Assembly (NCBI GenBank): GCA_945867155.1
Contig: CAMBHL010000003.1
Coordinates: 160,099 to 200,098 of the forward strand
Direction: 5' to 3'
From: an uncultured Eubacteriaceae bacterium
Lineage (GTDB): Bacteria; Bacillota; Clostridia; Eubacteriales; Eubacteriaceae
DNA length: 40,000 nt
Part shown: in pieces, positions 32,358 through 40,000 of the stretch
Numbering within the stretch: the first letter of the stretch is position 1
Layout: each line of letters begins with the position of its first letter
Translations under genes and position numbers: made by a program
The notes under the pieces: generated by a model
What the model was told of the DNA's origin: nothing
The model's database searches: none
Seen by the model: the letters and a program-made list of their open reading frames with translations, nothing else

Positions 32358-33419
32358 TTAAAATAAATCAAAGGATCTTTGTTGGTCTGGTTTTTTAATT
32401 CGAAAAATACGGCATAATACTCTTGACTGCAAAGACAAAACGGTTCCTGATGTAGCCCAAACAATTTTTAAAAATACAACAAAATAATTTTGAACTCTTG
32501 TTTTGAATATAGGCGTATATTTAACTACTTTCCACCACACCGGCCAGATATAGCATTGTTCAAGCGAATGAAAACACAAAAAAACCAGCGAATAGCGTCC
32601 GAAAAAATCCAACAATGCTGAAAATGGATTCCTTATATGCCGTGCACAATGTGTCGCAATATAAATAATTAAATAACTTCCAGCACAACTTCCTATTATT
32701 GTAGGAAGAAGATCAGCATAGAAAGTCCCACCCATATCAAGTGTCATAACAAAAAGTGTATTTTTCCTTGAAAGGAACCAGATAAATAATGCCAGCACTG
32801 CTTTTTGCCAATTCATTTCGTCCAGCCAATGATGCTTTTTGCACAAAAAACCAATATGAAGAAATAAAGTTGCACATAAAGCAGGTTGCAAACTGAGCGG
32901 AAAAACACCCAGATGGTGATGTGACCAAATACCAAAACAAAAGGCAGCAAGAACGAAGGAAGTGGTAAACGCTTCTTTTTGACTAAATAATAAATAAAAC
33001 AGCTCCGAAAAGAAAAGCGCGAGCAAAAACCATAGCGGTCCAACCCCCACCATTTTATTAATGTCTTGAGAATACCCCAGCATGATCCGTATGAAACTAT
33101 CTCTCAAAGACAAAGATACTGGGTAACTCCGATAATAAATCTGTTTGATGAGCATCATAAGAGCTAATAAAATAGAAGTAAACCAATAAGGAATAATTAA
33201 AGATTTAATTCTCTTTTTGATAAAATCATCAATTTTTCTCTTTTTAAAAAAATATCCACTAATCATAAAAAATAATGGCATATGGAAACTGTAAATGATT
33301 GGCTGCAGATGTTTCATTTCACCGACATGTCCAATCACAACCAGCAAAATTCCGATTCCCTTTGCAATATCTAAACGAATATCTCTTTGTTTACTCTGTC
33401 TTATTTTAGTTAATTCCAT
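32358..33419 (-). CDS. Acyltransferase-3 family membrane O-acyltransferase
   Basis: The protein is polytopic. The N-terminus RDIRLDIAKGIGILLVVIGHV and FHMPLFFMISGYF are family hallmarks. The gene is strongly AT-rich. Confidence 0.75.
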   Translation of the reverse strand: MELTKIRQSKQRDIRLDIAKGIGILLVVIGHVGEMKHLQPIIYSFHMPLFFMISGYFFKKRKIDDFIKKRIKSLIIPYWFTSILLALMMLIKQIYYRSYPVSLSLRDSFIRIMLGYSQDINKMVGVGPLWFLLALFFSELFYLLFSQKEAFTTSFVLAAFCFGIWSHHHLGVFPLSLQPALCATLFLHIGFLCKKHHWLDEMNWQKAVLALFIWFLSRKNTLFVMTLDMGGTFYADLLPTIIGSCAGSYLIIYIATHCARHIRNPFSALLDFFGRYSLVFLCFHSLEQCYIWPVWWKVVKYTPIFKTRVQNYFVVFLKIVWATSGTVLSLQSRVLCRIFRIKKPDQQRSFDLF

Positions 33420-34563
33420 TTCTTTTTAACGCCTTTTGATAAAACGCCTCTAACTGCTTAATATTAAATTTCATATCATAACCATTTTCCTGAATAGCTT
33501 CAATCGGCGTCCTACGGTCATTTTTATCTTTCATCATAGTAACTGCTGCATTTACCCAATGATCGAGATCATTTTCCTCTATGCCCAGGAATTGAACATT
33601 TCCAGAAATATCTGCCTGACGGCTGACTTGATCCGAAACCAAACACTTCAAACCCGCCGCCTGTGCCTCAATCAAAGAAACAGGCAGGCCTTCAAAATGA
33701 GAAGGCATAAAAAAGACATCCATCGCCTGCAGAAGCTGAGGCACATCGGAACGCTTGCCTAAAAACAGCACACTGTCTTCCAATTTTAACTGACGCACCA
33801 ACTCCTGCATTTTTTCAAAATATTCCCCAATGCCAATGAGCATTAATTTGGTGTTGGCATTTTTTTGGTGCAGACGTTCAAAAGCATGAATGAGAAAGAC
33901 GTGATTTTTCTGATAGTCAAACCGTCCCACATGTCCCACGACGAATTGATCTTCAAGATGATATTCAGTCCTTAGCTTTTGCCGCACCTCCGGATTATAC
34001 TGATATTTTTCAACATCGATAGCATTTTTGAAAGTAAAATATTCCGGCGTACGGCACAGCTTTTTGCCGAAGAGCCATTCTCCCGCTTCTTCAGAACACC
34101 CGATATAATGGGTCGCCACGCGACGAATCTGCTTTCTTTCTTTTTCTAAATAAAGATAATGCAATAAATCTTTAAGGCCATGAATTTCCAGCTGATGCCA
34201 GGTATTGTGGCTGTGAGCCACCCGAACCGGCACGCCGTACTTTTTGGCAATCTTTAAGACCTCAGCTCCCAAAGCATTCATATGCGTATGGACAATATCG
34301 TAATGATGAGACTTAAAAAAAACTTCCAGTGATTTTCTACTCTGAAACAATCCACTTTTAAGTGGTGTATAATAATAAATACTCGCTCCCTTTTTTCTTA
34401 AATATCTTGAAGCTTCTGTTTTATCTTCATTTTGTGTATCATGCATAAGTAAAAAATCAATATGAAACCTTTCCTGATCAATATTGTCAAAAATATTAAG
34501 CATAACACTTTCTGTCCCACCTTTTATTAATAGCTGATTAAATACAAATAATATTTTGACCAT
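33406..34563 (-). CDS. GT4-family (GT-B) glycosyltransferase
   Basis: It carries the C-terminal EX7E-type motif MPSHFEGLPVSLIEAQAAGLKCLVSD. Confidence 0.8.
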   Translation of the reverse strand: MVKILFVFNQLLIKGGTESVMLNIFDNIDQERFHIDFLLMHDTQNEDKTEASRYLRKKGASIYYYTPLKSGLFQSRKSLEVFFKSHHYDIVHTHMNALGAEVLKIAKKYGVPVRVAHSHNTWHQLEIHGLKDLLHYLYLEKERKQIRRVATHYIGCSEEAGEWLFGKKLCRTPEYFTFKNAIDVEKYQYNPEVRQKLRTEYHLEDQFVVGHVGRFDYQKNHVFLIHAFERLHQKNANTKLMLIGIGEYFEKMQELVRQLKLEDSVLFLGKRSDVPQLLQAMDVFFMPSHFEGLPVSLIEAQAAGLKCLVSDQVSRQADISGNVQFLGIEENDLDHWVNAAVTMMKDKNDRRTPIEAIQENGYDMKFNIKQLEAFYQKALKRNGIN

Positions 34564-34605
34564 ATTGCTCCTTTTTCATAATTAAGAAGATGATAATTAA
34601 CAATC

Positions 34606-35514
34606 TTAGATAACCATTATTCGATCTTTTAAAGCTTTCAATAATTCTGGATCTCTCACAAAATCAAACTTTCTTGCAAATAAACATCCACTTTTCATCA
34701 ACATAGGAACATCTTCGATAGTGTAAATATAAGGATATCCCCTCGTCCAATCAATCGCACGGCAAACATCAAAATAAGTATCCTGAATATAGGGATGTTT
34801 CTCACTGCGATTAGCCACATAGCGTTTAAAACAATCTACGCTATTCAAAAAAACCGTCTGTAGAAAGATTTCATCAACACAAAATCCATCTTTAAAATAT
34901 TTTTTAATAAATGTTCTTTGAGATAAAACATATCGTGCAAAAGTATCGGTGATATCAAACCATTGGGAGCCAATTCCATATTGTATTTTGCCGTCTATGC
35001 GGCTAACACCGGCAATTTTTTGAAAAACTATGCCTAGTTTTCTCACGATTCTACCCAAAAAATTATCACGGCCCATTTTATTTTGAAAGGGATAGTAATA
35101 TTTCACCCGATTAGTAATCAAATCAGGATTGTTGTCAATACTAATGAATTCTTCTCCGGCATGTTGATCATAGAAAGACAAAATTTCGTCAATCGGTTTT
35201 AATGGAAAATCCTGGCCACTTAAAAAATGATAATATTCGTAATGACCTTTACTCGTAGCCGCTTCAATCAAAATGAGTTCAGCACAAATTAATGTGTCTC
35301 CGCCCCAAGAAGCGGAAATACGTTCAGTAAAGAACAAATTTCCTTTACTGATATAATTTTTTAAGCATAAAAATTCTTCTTCGCATTTTTTATCAATTAA
35401 CACAAAAAAATCACATCTAGGATGGTCCAATGCAAAAAGCATTTCGCCAACCTGATGCATATTTTTATGGGCTAAAATCAAAAAAGCATGCTTTTTTTCT
35501 ATTTGATCACTCAT
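34606..35514 (-). CDS. GT14-like (Core-2/I-branching beta-1,6-GlcNAc-transferase family) glycosyltransferase
   Basis: AFLILAHKN...DFFVLIDKK...ISASWGGDTLICAELILIEAA...YYHFLSGQDFPLK matches the Branch-domain pattern as I remember it. Confidence 0.6.
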   Translation of the reverse strand: MSDQIEKKHAFLILAHKNMHQVGEMLFALDHPRCDFFVLIDKKCEEEFLCLKNYISKGNLFFTERISASWGGDTLICAELILIEAATSKGHYEYYHFLSGQDFPLKPIDEILSFYDQHAGEEFISIDNNPDLITNRVKYYYPFQNKMGRDNFLGRIVRKLGIVFQKIAGVSRIDGKIQYGIGSQWFDITDTFARYVLSQRTFIKKYFKDGFCVDEIFLQTVFLNSVDCFKRYVANRSEKHPYIQDTYFDVCRAIDWTRGYPYIYTIEDVPMLMKSGCLFARKFDFVRDPELLKALKDRIMVI

Positions 35515-35541
35515 AATTTATTTTTATAGAATTTTTATCCA

Positions 35542-36150
35542 TTAAAACTTAAACGTATCCTTGATCCCCATCCATTTCTGGTCTTTGTCGGACAAATTGA
35601 GAGGTGTGCCGTCGCTCAAGATGTAACCGTCTGCGCTGCAGCTACCCTGGTATTCGCCGACCACCTGGGGCCATTCGATGCCGATTTCCGGATCGTTCCA
35701 AGCCATGCCGCCTTCATCGTTGGGATGCCAGAAATCATTAACTTTGTAGCAGAATTCTGCGACATCTGACAGCACAAGGAAACCATGGGCGAAGCCTTCG
35801 GGAATCAAGAACTGCTTTTTATTTTCTTCGGTCAGTTCAACCCCATACCATTTGCCGTAAGTCTTCGAATCTGCACGCAGATCGACGGCCACGTCAAAAA
35901 CGTCGCCGCGAATGGCGCGCACCAGTTTGCACTGAGGGTAATGTTTTTGAAAATGCAGTCCCCGGAGCACGCCCTTGGTTGACATCGACTGGTTGTCCTG
36001 CACAAAGTCGATATCAAATCCGGCTTCTTTCATGTCATTCTGATTGTAAGTTTCCATAAAATAACCCCGTTCATCGCCGTGAACGGCGGGTTCTATAATG
36101 CACAGGCCTTCAATGCCGCCGACGTTTTTTTCAACTTTAATCTGTCCCAT
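35542..36150 (-). CDS. rfbC: dTDP-4-dehydrorhamnose 3,5-epimerase
   Basis: GDERGYFMETYN, RGLHFQ and IPEGFAHGFLVLSD are RmlC signatures. Confidence 0.9.
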   Translation of the reverse strand: MGQIKVEKNVGGIEGLCIIEPAVHGDERGYFMETYNQNDMKEAGFDIDFVQDNQSMSTKGVLRGLHFQKHYPQCKLVRAIRGDVFDVAVDLRADSKTYGKWYGVELTEENKKQFLIPEGFAHGFLVLSDVAEFCYKVNDFWHPNDEGGMAWNDPEIGIEWPQVVGEYQGSCSADGYILSDGTPLNLSDKDQKWMGIKDTFKF

Positions 36151-36171
36151 TTTGCGCTCCTTTTTCTATTT

Positions 36172-37128
36172 CTATTCCTGACAATCTTTTAAAATTTTAA
36201 GATAACGGCTCAAAGCGTCTGTCCAGTCCGGCAGCGGTTTAAAACCATTCGCTGCGAGTTTCAACTTGTCCAACCGGCTGTTAAAGGGCCGCTTTGCTTT
36301 AGAAAGGCCATATTCTTCCGTCGTCACTGGCGTGACTTTTGTCGTATAGCCCGTCTGACGGTAAATTTCCTTCGTGAAATCGTACCACGAAATGTAGCCG
36401 GTCTTGGTGCCAAAACCGTTGTCTTCCGCAAGTTCGCTGTTCGTCGCATGATAGGTGCCGTAGCGGTCGGTTTCAATCATGTCGACCAGCAGCCGTGCGA
36501 GATCGTACGTATAAGTCGGTGTGCCGATTTGATCGTTGACGACCCGGACTTCGTCGTGGGTTTTGCCGACTTTCAGCATAGTCTTGATGAAATTATGGCC
36601 GTTGATGCCGAACACCCAGGCAATCCGGACGATAAAATATTTTGTCAAGTATTTTCGAACCGCTTCTTCCCCGGCCAGCTTTGTCTGCCCGTAAACATTG
36701 AGGGGCTTGAAATCCTTCTGATCCGGCTGCCACGGTGTGGTGCCCTGACCATCGAACACATAGTCCGTGCTCAGATAAACCATTTTGGCACCCACATCCG
36801 CGCAGGCTTTGGCAATATTTTCAGTACCGGTGACGTTGACCGCTTCAACTTTTGCGCGGTTTTCTTCGTCTTCCGCCGCGTCCACTGCTGTCCAAGCGGC
36901 ACAGTGCACCACCACATCGGGCTGCAAATCTTGAATGACGCGGCTGACCTGGGCCGAATTCGTAATATCCAGACTGACGTAGGGCATGTTCGCCACAGGA
37001 CTGCCGTCATCCATTCCGGTATACTGCTCAGCCAAATCGGAGCTGATACCTTCATAGCCCCTCTTGGCGAGCTCGTTCATTACATCGTGGCCGAGCTGTC
37101 CTGCGACGCCTGTTACTAAAACTTTCAT
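36172..37128 (-). CDS. rfbD: dTDP-4-dehydrorhamnose reductase
   Basis: VLVTGVAGQLG, STDYVFDG and YGQTKLAGE (YxxxK) are present. At 318 aa it is somewhat long for RmlD. Confidence 0.85.
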   Translation of the reverse strand: MKVLVTGVAGQLGHDVMNELAKRGYEGISSDLAEQYTGMDDGSPVANMPYVSLDITNSAQVSRVIQDLQPDVVVHCAAWTAVDAAEDEENRAKVEAVNVTGTENIAKACADVGAKMVYLSTDYVFDGQGTTPWQPDQKDFKPLNVYGQTKLAGEEAVRKYLTKYFIVRIAWVFGINGHNFIKTMLKVGKTHDEVRVVNDQIGTPTYTYDLARLLVDMIETDRYGTYHATNSELAEDNGFGTKTGYISWYDFTKEIYRQTGYTTKVTPVTTEEYGLSKAKRPFNSRLDKLKLAANGFKPLPDWTDALSRYLKILKDCQE

Positions 37129-37139
37129 CGTTTCCTCTT

Positions 37140-38114
37140 TTATTTTCTAAATACAATTTCAAAAATATCTTTGAAATAACTTTTTTTATAATCAAATAAA
37201 TATCGGCGGTATTGATTAAAAGCAAAAATCTGAGATAATTGCCGGTGTTCTAAAAATTCAATTCTTTTCCTTAAAAAATGAGTATAGCCTTTTATATCAA
37301 GGGGATAGCTTTTTTCTTCAATTTGGTAGCGTTCCATCAGCGTGTTCATGAGCTCCAGCTGCCTGTGATATTTTTTGATATCGCTGAGATACCGCTCTTT
37401 GGTATTTTTCATGACTTCTTTTGTCTTTGCCGTACTGGAAACGGGCATACCGCCCAGTGCATTACTGGCCTGGCGATACTTCATCAAAGATTTGGGAATG
37501 GGTACAATTTCGCCGATCGTTAATGACACAAGCGCCAGCCATTCATCGTGGAAATCACCATAAAACGGCGCAGCCTTTTCATAGACTTGTTTCTTAAAGG
37601 CACAGGCACTGCCCTGCACCACATTGCTCGCATACAATCTTTTATAATCATGATTGAGAAACAGCCTATAATCAAATTCTAATGTATTCTTCCAAAAAGA
37701 AGGATACAGCGGTTTGAGATCCTGATCGACCAGCGCCGCATCGTGAAAGACCATCGCCGCTTCCGGATGCTCTTCAAAAGCATGCATCATGACTTCAATC
37801 TTCTCCCGATGCCAGACATCATCCTGATCACTTAAAAAAATGATATCGCCATGACACAGACCAATCGCTTTTTCAAAATTTTTGACAAAGCCCAAATTTT
37901 GCGCATTCCGTTCAATGTGCACCGTCCCCGGCCAATCCGCCAGGCACTTATCGGCAATACCCATTGTATCGTCTGACGATCCGTCATCGCAAATGACAAT
38001 CTCATCGGGCAGGCAGGTCTGACCCGTGATGCTGTTCAGCTGTTCTTCAAGAAAACGGCTGCCATTGTACGTACACATCGCAACCGAAATGGTTTTTTTC
38101 TTATCGGTTTCCAT
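37140..38114 (-). CDS. GT2-family glycosyltransferase (rhamnosyltransferase-like)
   Basis: ISVAMCTYNGSRFLEEQLNSI...ICDDGSSDDT...FLSDQDDVW is a GT-A fold with a DxD motif. The gene is embedded between rmlB and rmlD. Confidence 0.8.
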   Translation of the reverse strand: METDKKKTISVAMCTYNGSRFLEEQLNSITGQTCLPDEIVICDDGSSDDTMGIADKCLADWPGTVHIERNAQNLGFVKNFEKAIGLCHGDIIFLSDQDDVWHREKIEVMMHAFEEHPEAAMVFHDAALVDQDLKPLYPSFWKNTLEFDYRLFLNHDYKRLYASNVVQGSACAFKKQVYEKAAPFYGDFHDEWLALVSLTIGEIVPIPKSLMKYRQASNALGGMPVSSTAKTKEVMKNTKERYLSDIKKYHRQLELMNTLMERYQIEEKSYPLDIKGYTHFLRKRIEFLEHRQLSQIFAFNQYRRYLFDYKKSYFKDIFEIVFRK

Positions 38115-39120
38115 ACATCTGCTGATAATAATTCTGATATTCCCCGTCGATAATCGGCTGCCACCAGTCTTCGTGATTCAGGTACCAGTCGATTGTCTTT
38201 TTAATGCCATCTGCGAATTTCGTTTCCGGCAGCCATCCCAATTCACGGTGAATCTTCGCTGGATCGATAGCATAGCGCCGGTCATGGCCCTTGCGGTCGG
38301 TGACATGTTCGATCAGGCTTTCCGGTTTGCCCAGCGCTTTGCAGATGAGCTTGACGATGTCGATATTGGCCATTTCGTTGTGGCCGCCAACGTTGTAAAT
38401 TTCGCCAACTTTGCCTTTGTGGATGATGAGATCGATAGCCCGGCAGTGATCTTCGACGTAGAGCCAGTCTCTAACATTTTTGCCGTCGCCGTAAACCGGC
38501 AGTTTTTCGTCGTGAAGGGCGTTGATGATCATCAGCGGAATGAGTTTTTCCGGAAAATGATACGGCCCGTAGTTGTTAGAGCATCTGGAGATGGTCACGG
38601 GCAGACCGTAGGTTCTGTGATAAGCCAAGACGAGCAAATCGGCCGACGCTTTAGAAGCCGAGTAAGGGCTCGACGTGTGAATCGGCGTTTCTTCTGTGAA
38701 CATCAGATCCGGCCGATCGAGGGGCAGATCTCCGTACACTTCATCGGTAGAAACCTGGTGATAACGGGTAATGCCGTATTTCCGGCAGGCGTCCATCAAA
38801 ACCGACGTGCCGAGGATGTTCGTCTTTAAGAAAATCGACGGGTCTTCGATGGATCGGTCTACATGAGATTCCGCCGCGAAATTGACCACGACGTCCGGTT
38901 TTTCTTCTTCAAACAGCGCGTAAACCGTCGGACGGTCGCAGATATCCGCCTTGACAAATTTAAAATTCGGCGCATCGAGAATGTCTTTTAATGTCGACAA
39001 ATTGCCGGCATAAGTCAATTTGTCGAGACAAATGATCTGGTCTTCCGGATGGGCGGAACGCCAATGAAAAATAAAGTTGCTGCCAATAAAACCGGCCCCG
39101 CCGGTGACAATAAGTTTCAT
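38101..39120 (-). CDS. rfbB: dTDP-glucose 4,6-dehydratase
   Basis: IVTGGAGFIGSNF, VSTDEVYG and YSASKASADLLV are RmlB signatures. Confidence 0.92.
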   Translation of the reverse strand: MKLIVTGGAGFIGSNFIFHWRSAHPEDQIICLDKLTYAGNLSTLKDILDAPNFKFVKADICDRPTVYALFEEEKPDVVVNFAAESHVDRSIEDPSIFLKTNILGTSVLMDACRKYGITRYHQVSTDEVYGDLPLDRPDLMFTEETPIHTSSPYSASKASADLLVLAYHRTYGLPVTISRCSNNYGPYHFPEKLIPLMIINALHDEKLPVYGDGKNVRDWLYVEDHCRAIDLIIHKGKVGEIYNVGGHNEMANIDIVKLICKALGKPESLIEHVTDRKGHDRRYAIDPAKIHRELGWLPETKFADGIKKTIDWYLNHEDWWQPIIDGEYQNYYQQMYGNR

Positions 39121-39129
39121 GCTTTCTCC

Positions 39130-40000
39130 TTAATATTTTATCTGTCCGTCAGCGACGCGCTTCAAGTGCGCACCGTAGGGACTCTTCCCGTATTTTTCTG
39201 CCGATTCCCGCAGCTGGGCTTCATCGATCCAATGATTGATGTAAGCAATTTCTTCTGGTGCTGAAATCGCGATGCCCTGGCGCTTTTCGATGGTGCGTAC
39301 AAAATCAGCTGCATCGACTAAGCTGTCCATGGTACCTGTATCGAGCCAGGCGTAACCACGCCCCAAAAGCTTCACGTTGAGGGCGTCCGCGTTTAAATAC
39401 ATTTCGTTGAGTGTTGTGATTTCCAGTTCTCCCCGTGCCGAAGGCTGCACTTTTTCAGCCCGCGCACTAACCCCGGACGGATAGAAGTAAAGCCCAGTTA
39501 CCGCGTAATTGGATTTCGGCTGTTCTGGTTTTTCTTCGATGGAAAGTACCTTGCCGTCTGCATCAAAATCCACGACGCCGAAACGTTCGGGATCTGAAAC
39601 GTAATAACCGAAAACCGTCGCCTTGCCCTGTTCGGCGTCTTTTACAGCAGCCCGAAGCAAAGTTCCAAAACCGTTGCCATAAAAAATATTGTCGCCGAGC
39701 ACCATGGCACAGGGTTCATCACCAATGAATTCCTTGCCTAAAATAAAGGCCTGGGCCAGTCCGTCCGGTGACGGCTGGACTTTGTAAGACAGTGTGATGC
39801 CAAATTGGCTGCCATCTCCAAGCAAAGCTTCAAAACGCGGCGTATCTTCCGGGGTTGAAATAATCAAAATATCCCGGATGCCCGCCAGCATCAATGTCGA
39901 CAGCGGGTAATAAATCATCGGTTTATCGTAAACTGGCAGTAATTGTTTGGAAGTGACCGTCGTCAGTGGATACAACCGTGTGCCGGACCCTCCTGCCAAA
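39130..40000 (-). CDS. rfbA: Glucose-1-phosphate thymidylyltransferase; the extreme N-terminus lies beyond the right edge of the window
   Basis: [13 protein letters not shown] sits at the window edge and the rest is RmlA-like throughout. The track's 'M' at 39999 is a TTG inside the conserved G-rich loop, so the true start lies outside the window. Confidence 0.9.
   Translation of the reverse strand, partial: LAGGSGTRLYPLTTVTSKQLLPVYDKPMIYYPLSTLMLAGIRDILIISTPEDTPRFEALLGDGSQFGITLSYKVQPSPDGLAQAFILGKEFIGDEPCAMVLGDNIFYGNGFGTLLRAAVKDAEQGKATVFGYYVSDPERFGVVDFDADGKVLSIEEKPEQPKSNYAVTGLYFYPSGVSARAEKVQPSARGELEITTLNEMYLNADALNVKLLGRGYAWLDTGTMDSLVDAADFVRTIEKRQGIAISAPEEIAYINHWIDEAQLRESAEKYGKSPYGAHLKRVADGQIKY

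Overview
This 40 kb chromosomal window is probably from a Clostridia-like Firmicute. That guess rests on gene content only: ChW repeats, YgiQ, HPr and rml/glf envelope loci. Gene density is high and only three genes lie on the + strand. I see three blocks.

(1) 1-7148 is a compact defence island, read 5'->3' on the minus strand as: SNF2-family helicase, DUF4391 protein, AT-rich HEPN/AbiJ-like gene, Type III Mod methyltransferase, Type III Res (runs off the left edge). All junctions are 2-12 nt gaps or overlaps. This is the most interesting part of the window. It looks like a Type III R-M core extended by a second SF2 motor, an uncharacterised partner protein and a candidate abortive-infection RNase. 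The island's right border (7038-7295) carries a gene relic and a 20-bp direct repeat, next to the 3' end of rlmD.

(2) 7296-27882 is housekeeping: rlmD, DtxR/MntR-like repressor, ygiQ, cobS, ptsH, HAD hydrolase, DUF1858 CxxC protein, hslO, acyl-ACP thioesterase, gshA, an orphan HicB-like gene, a glf-containing envelope cluster, tRNA-Leu(GAG) and tRNA-Gly(GCC), coaE, polA, galE and an MtnK-like kinase.

(3) 27940-40000 is a cell-wall glycopolymer region. It holds a frameshifted acyltransferase-3 gene, a Ricin + 9xChW + GH25 surface lysozyme, gtrA, an AT-rich glycosyltransferase/acyltransferase cassette, and rmlACBD interrupted by a GT2 gene.

I found no CRISPR array, transposase, integrase or rRNA. 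Most + strand ORFs in the supplied track are antisense shadows of minus-strand genes. All functional calls come from reading motifs in the translations by eye. No database search was run.
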